Source: a virus
Lineage: Duplodnaviria; Caudoviricetes
Direction: 5' to 3' (one strand)
Length of the DNA: 30,907 nt
IMG/VR virus record: IMGVR_UViG_3300012953_000125
Coordinates: 1-30,907 of that record
A program made the position numbers and the translations under genes. Below the pieces are notes generated by a model. It was not told the origin of the DNA. It was given only the letters and a program-made list of their open reading frames with translations, and made no database searches. This document shows, one piece after another, positions 29,312 to 30,907 of the stretch. The first letter of the stretch is position 1; the number at the start of each line of letters is the position of its first letter.

Positions 29312-29331
29312 TTATTAGAATAGGGTAAAAC

Positions 29332-30474
29332 ATGGCAACAGTCATAACGTTCAAGAAGTCTTCGACTCAGAACGCTGTTCCAACAACCTCAGATATCACT
29401 CTAGGTGAGTTGGCAGTAAATACTTACCACGGTAGGTTTTATACTGAGAAGAATGACGGTTCGGCTGCCATTGTAGAAGTAGGGTCTAATCCTGCATCAT
29501 TCACTATTAATGACGCAATCACATTCCCCACTTCCGATGGTTCAGCAGACCAAGTTATAGTAACCGATGGTTCGGGTGCTTTATCGTGGGCAGACCAAAG
29601 TGGTGGTGGAAGTTATGGAACTGGAAATACTTTTACCTATACACTAACAGGAACTACAACTACAATATCAGGTAATGACGATGATGGGCAAGCATTGTCA
29701 TACGATATCGGAAAAGAAGCAGTATATCTAAACGGTGTATTATTACAAGACGGTGGTGTCGATTACGCAACAACAAGTTCCTCAGTTATCACTCTTCAAG
29801 CAAATGGAGAAAGTGGTGATGTTCTCTGTGTTAAAACACCTAAACAGCCAGGTGCATTAGTTGAAAGTTCATCTTCAGCATTAACAACTACTAATGCAGA
29901 CCAAACTATTCTTTCGATTGCTTCTGCTGGGACAAAGTCAACTAAAATATCTTTGACTGCAGTTCATTCAACAGGTTCACATTCATGTGAAGTAGTTATG
30001 GGTAATGACGGAAGTAGTGCATTCTTTTCACAATATGGTGACGTAACAACTACAGGGGCATTTTTGTATACTTTATCTACAACAATGTCAAGTGGTAATC
30101 AAATATTAAGAGCGACACCTGCTAATACTAATACAACTTTCTTTTTAACCTACAGTAGGTTACCAGCACTTAAAGACGGTGAGTTGACAACTACAGCTAC
30201 AACTGCAGACCAAACTCTTGATTCACAATCAACTGCGTATGAAGGATTAAAATATTCATTACTTGCAGTCCATTCGAGTGGAACACACGCATGTGAGGTT
30301 GTCGTAGGAACAGACGGAACCGATAGTTACTTCTCACAATATGGTGATGTGGTAACATCAGGTGTTCTATTCTCTCTAAATACATCAGTTAGTTCAGGAA
30401 ATACTAATCTATTGGTAACTCCTGCTAATACTAATACTACGTTCTATTGGAGCGTGACTAAGAGAGGAGAGTAA
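29332..30474 (+). CDS. Tail fibre protein, 380 aa, with two tandem C-terminal beta domains
   Basis: MATVITFKKSS...P...GELAVN N-terminus, FPTSDGSADQVIVTDGSGALSW, and a duplicated ~95-aa domain (H.CEV..G.DG...FSQYGDV...TPANTNTTF). Confidence 0.8.
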   Translation: MATVITFKKSSTQNAVPTTSDITLGELAVNTYHGRFYTEKNDGSAAIVEVGSNPASFTINDAITFPTSDGSADQVIVTDGSGALSWADQSGGGSYGTGNTFTYTLTGTTTTISGNDDDGQALSYDIGKEAVYLNGVLLQDGGVDYATTSSSVITLQANGESGDVLCVKTPKQPGALVESSSSALTTTNADQTILSIASAGTKSTKISLTAVHSTGSHSCEVVMGNDGSSAFFSQYGDVTTTGAFLYTLSTTMSSGNQILRATPANTNTTFFLTYSRLPALKDGELTTTATTADQTLDSQSTAYEGLKYSLLAVHSSGTHACEVVVGTDGTDSYFSQYGDVVTSGVLFSLNTSVSSGNTNLLVTPANTNTTFYWSVTKRGE

Positions 30475-30887
30475 TGCCTAAATCATTAGCATTCAAACTT
30501 GCAGAAGTATCTAGACACATCTATTACGATAGTGCTAATGACGATATTGTTGTAAGTAAAGAATTAGTATCCTCAAGAAGAAAGTCAGGTTCAACAACAA
30601 CTACTGCAACTACTCAAGTTGCATTAGATACGTTTGCAATCGCAACATATTCTACTGCAAGATATATTGTTTCTGTAACTCAAGGTTCAGATTATCACTC
30701 TACAGAAATTGTAATATCACATGACGGAACTACTGCAGACATTCTTGAATATGGAACATTGAGGTCAGGTAGTGATTTAGCTACATTCAGTGCAGATATT
30801 TCAGGTAGTAACGCAAGACTATTAATCACTCCCGCCTCTACGTCTTCAACAGTATTTAAATTTGATAGCCAATTAGTAGAATCTTAA
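30474..30887 (+). CDS. Small fibre-associated protein, paralog of the tandem domain in the upstream gene
   Basis: LDTF...ARYIVSV...HSTEIVISHDG...EYG...RLLITPAS; TAATG stop/start coupling; GAGGAG SD. Confidence 0.75.
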   Translation: MPKSLAFKLAEVSRHIYYDSANDDIVVSKELVSSRRKSGSTTTTATTQVALDTFAIATYSTARYIVSVTQGSDYHSTEIVISHDGTTADILEYGTLRSGSDLATFSADISGSNARLLITPASTSSTVFKFDSQLVES

Positions 30888-30907
30888 TCTTACAAAGCTC
30901 CTTTATT

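Noticed and set aside
250-30385. Many opposite-strand or alternate-frame ORFs in the track (e.g. 250-480, 14506-14889, 18295-18786, 21727-22584, 26518-27078, 28696-29028)
   Set aside because: They lie entirely within well-supported genes and look like shadows of codon bias or repeats. They have no SD or recognisable motifs.
27878-30887. Diversity-generating retroelement, suggested by Mtd_N-like N-termini and duplicated C-terminal domains
   Set aside because: No reverse transcriptase is in the window. The duplicated copies differ at all base types and by indels, not only at adenines, and both are coding.
30888-30907. Possible terminator after the last gene
   Set aside because: The window ends before any complete hairpin can be seen.

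Overview
AT-rich segment of a T4-like myovirus genome, most similar in gene order to marine cyanophage/pelagiphage-type T4-likes; the host cannot be determined from this window. It is a late structural module. The left block runs on the minus strand: gp4 head completion, gp2 DNA end protector, gp54-like tube initiator, gp26, gp51-like, a 2-TM protein, and a tape-measure-like gene running off the left edge. The right block runs on the plus strand: gp48, gp53, gp27-like hub, a small unlisted membrane ORF, gp5, gp25, gp6, a 159-aa protein, gp7-like (split by one in-frame TAA), gp8, a 2234-aa virion protein, then a cluster of fibre/adhesin genes. T4 late-promoter boxes (TATAAATA/CATAAATA) punctuate the module. 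Most notable observations: (1) a 476-aa Q/Y/P/A/R protein whose two 128-residue repeat arms have mirror-image unit lengths and complementary unit types, suggesting a self-zipping ~40 nm beta-hairpin stalk with a tip domain; (2) a probable -1 frameshift (T TTT TTT) fusing gp26 to gp51-like upstream of the tape measure gene; (3) candidate plug-and-socket docking motifs chaining the fibre proteins; (4) structured leaders, apparent leaderless late transcripts and face-to-face promoters; (5) a gp5 spike with an HxH tip and no adjacent PAAR gene. All family assignments come from motif recall and synteny, not database searches. No tRNA, rRNA, CRISPR array or mobile element was seen.
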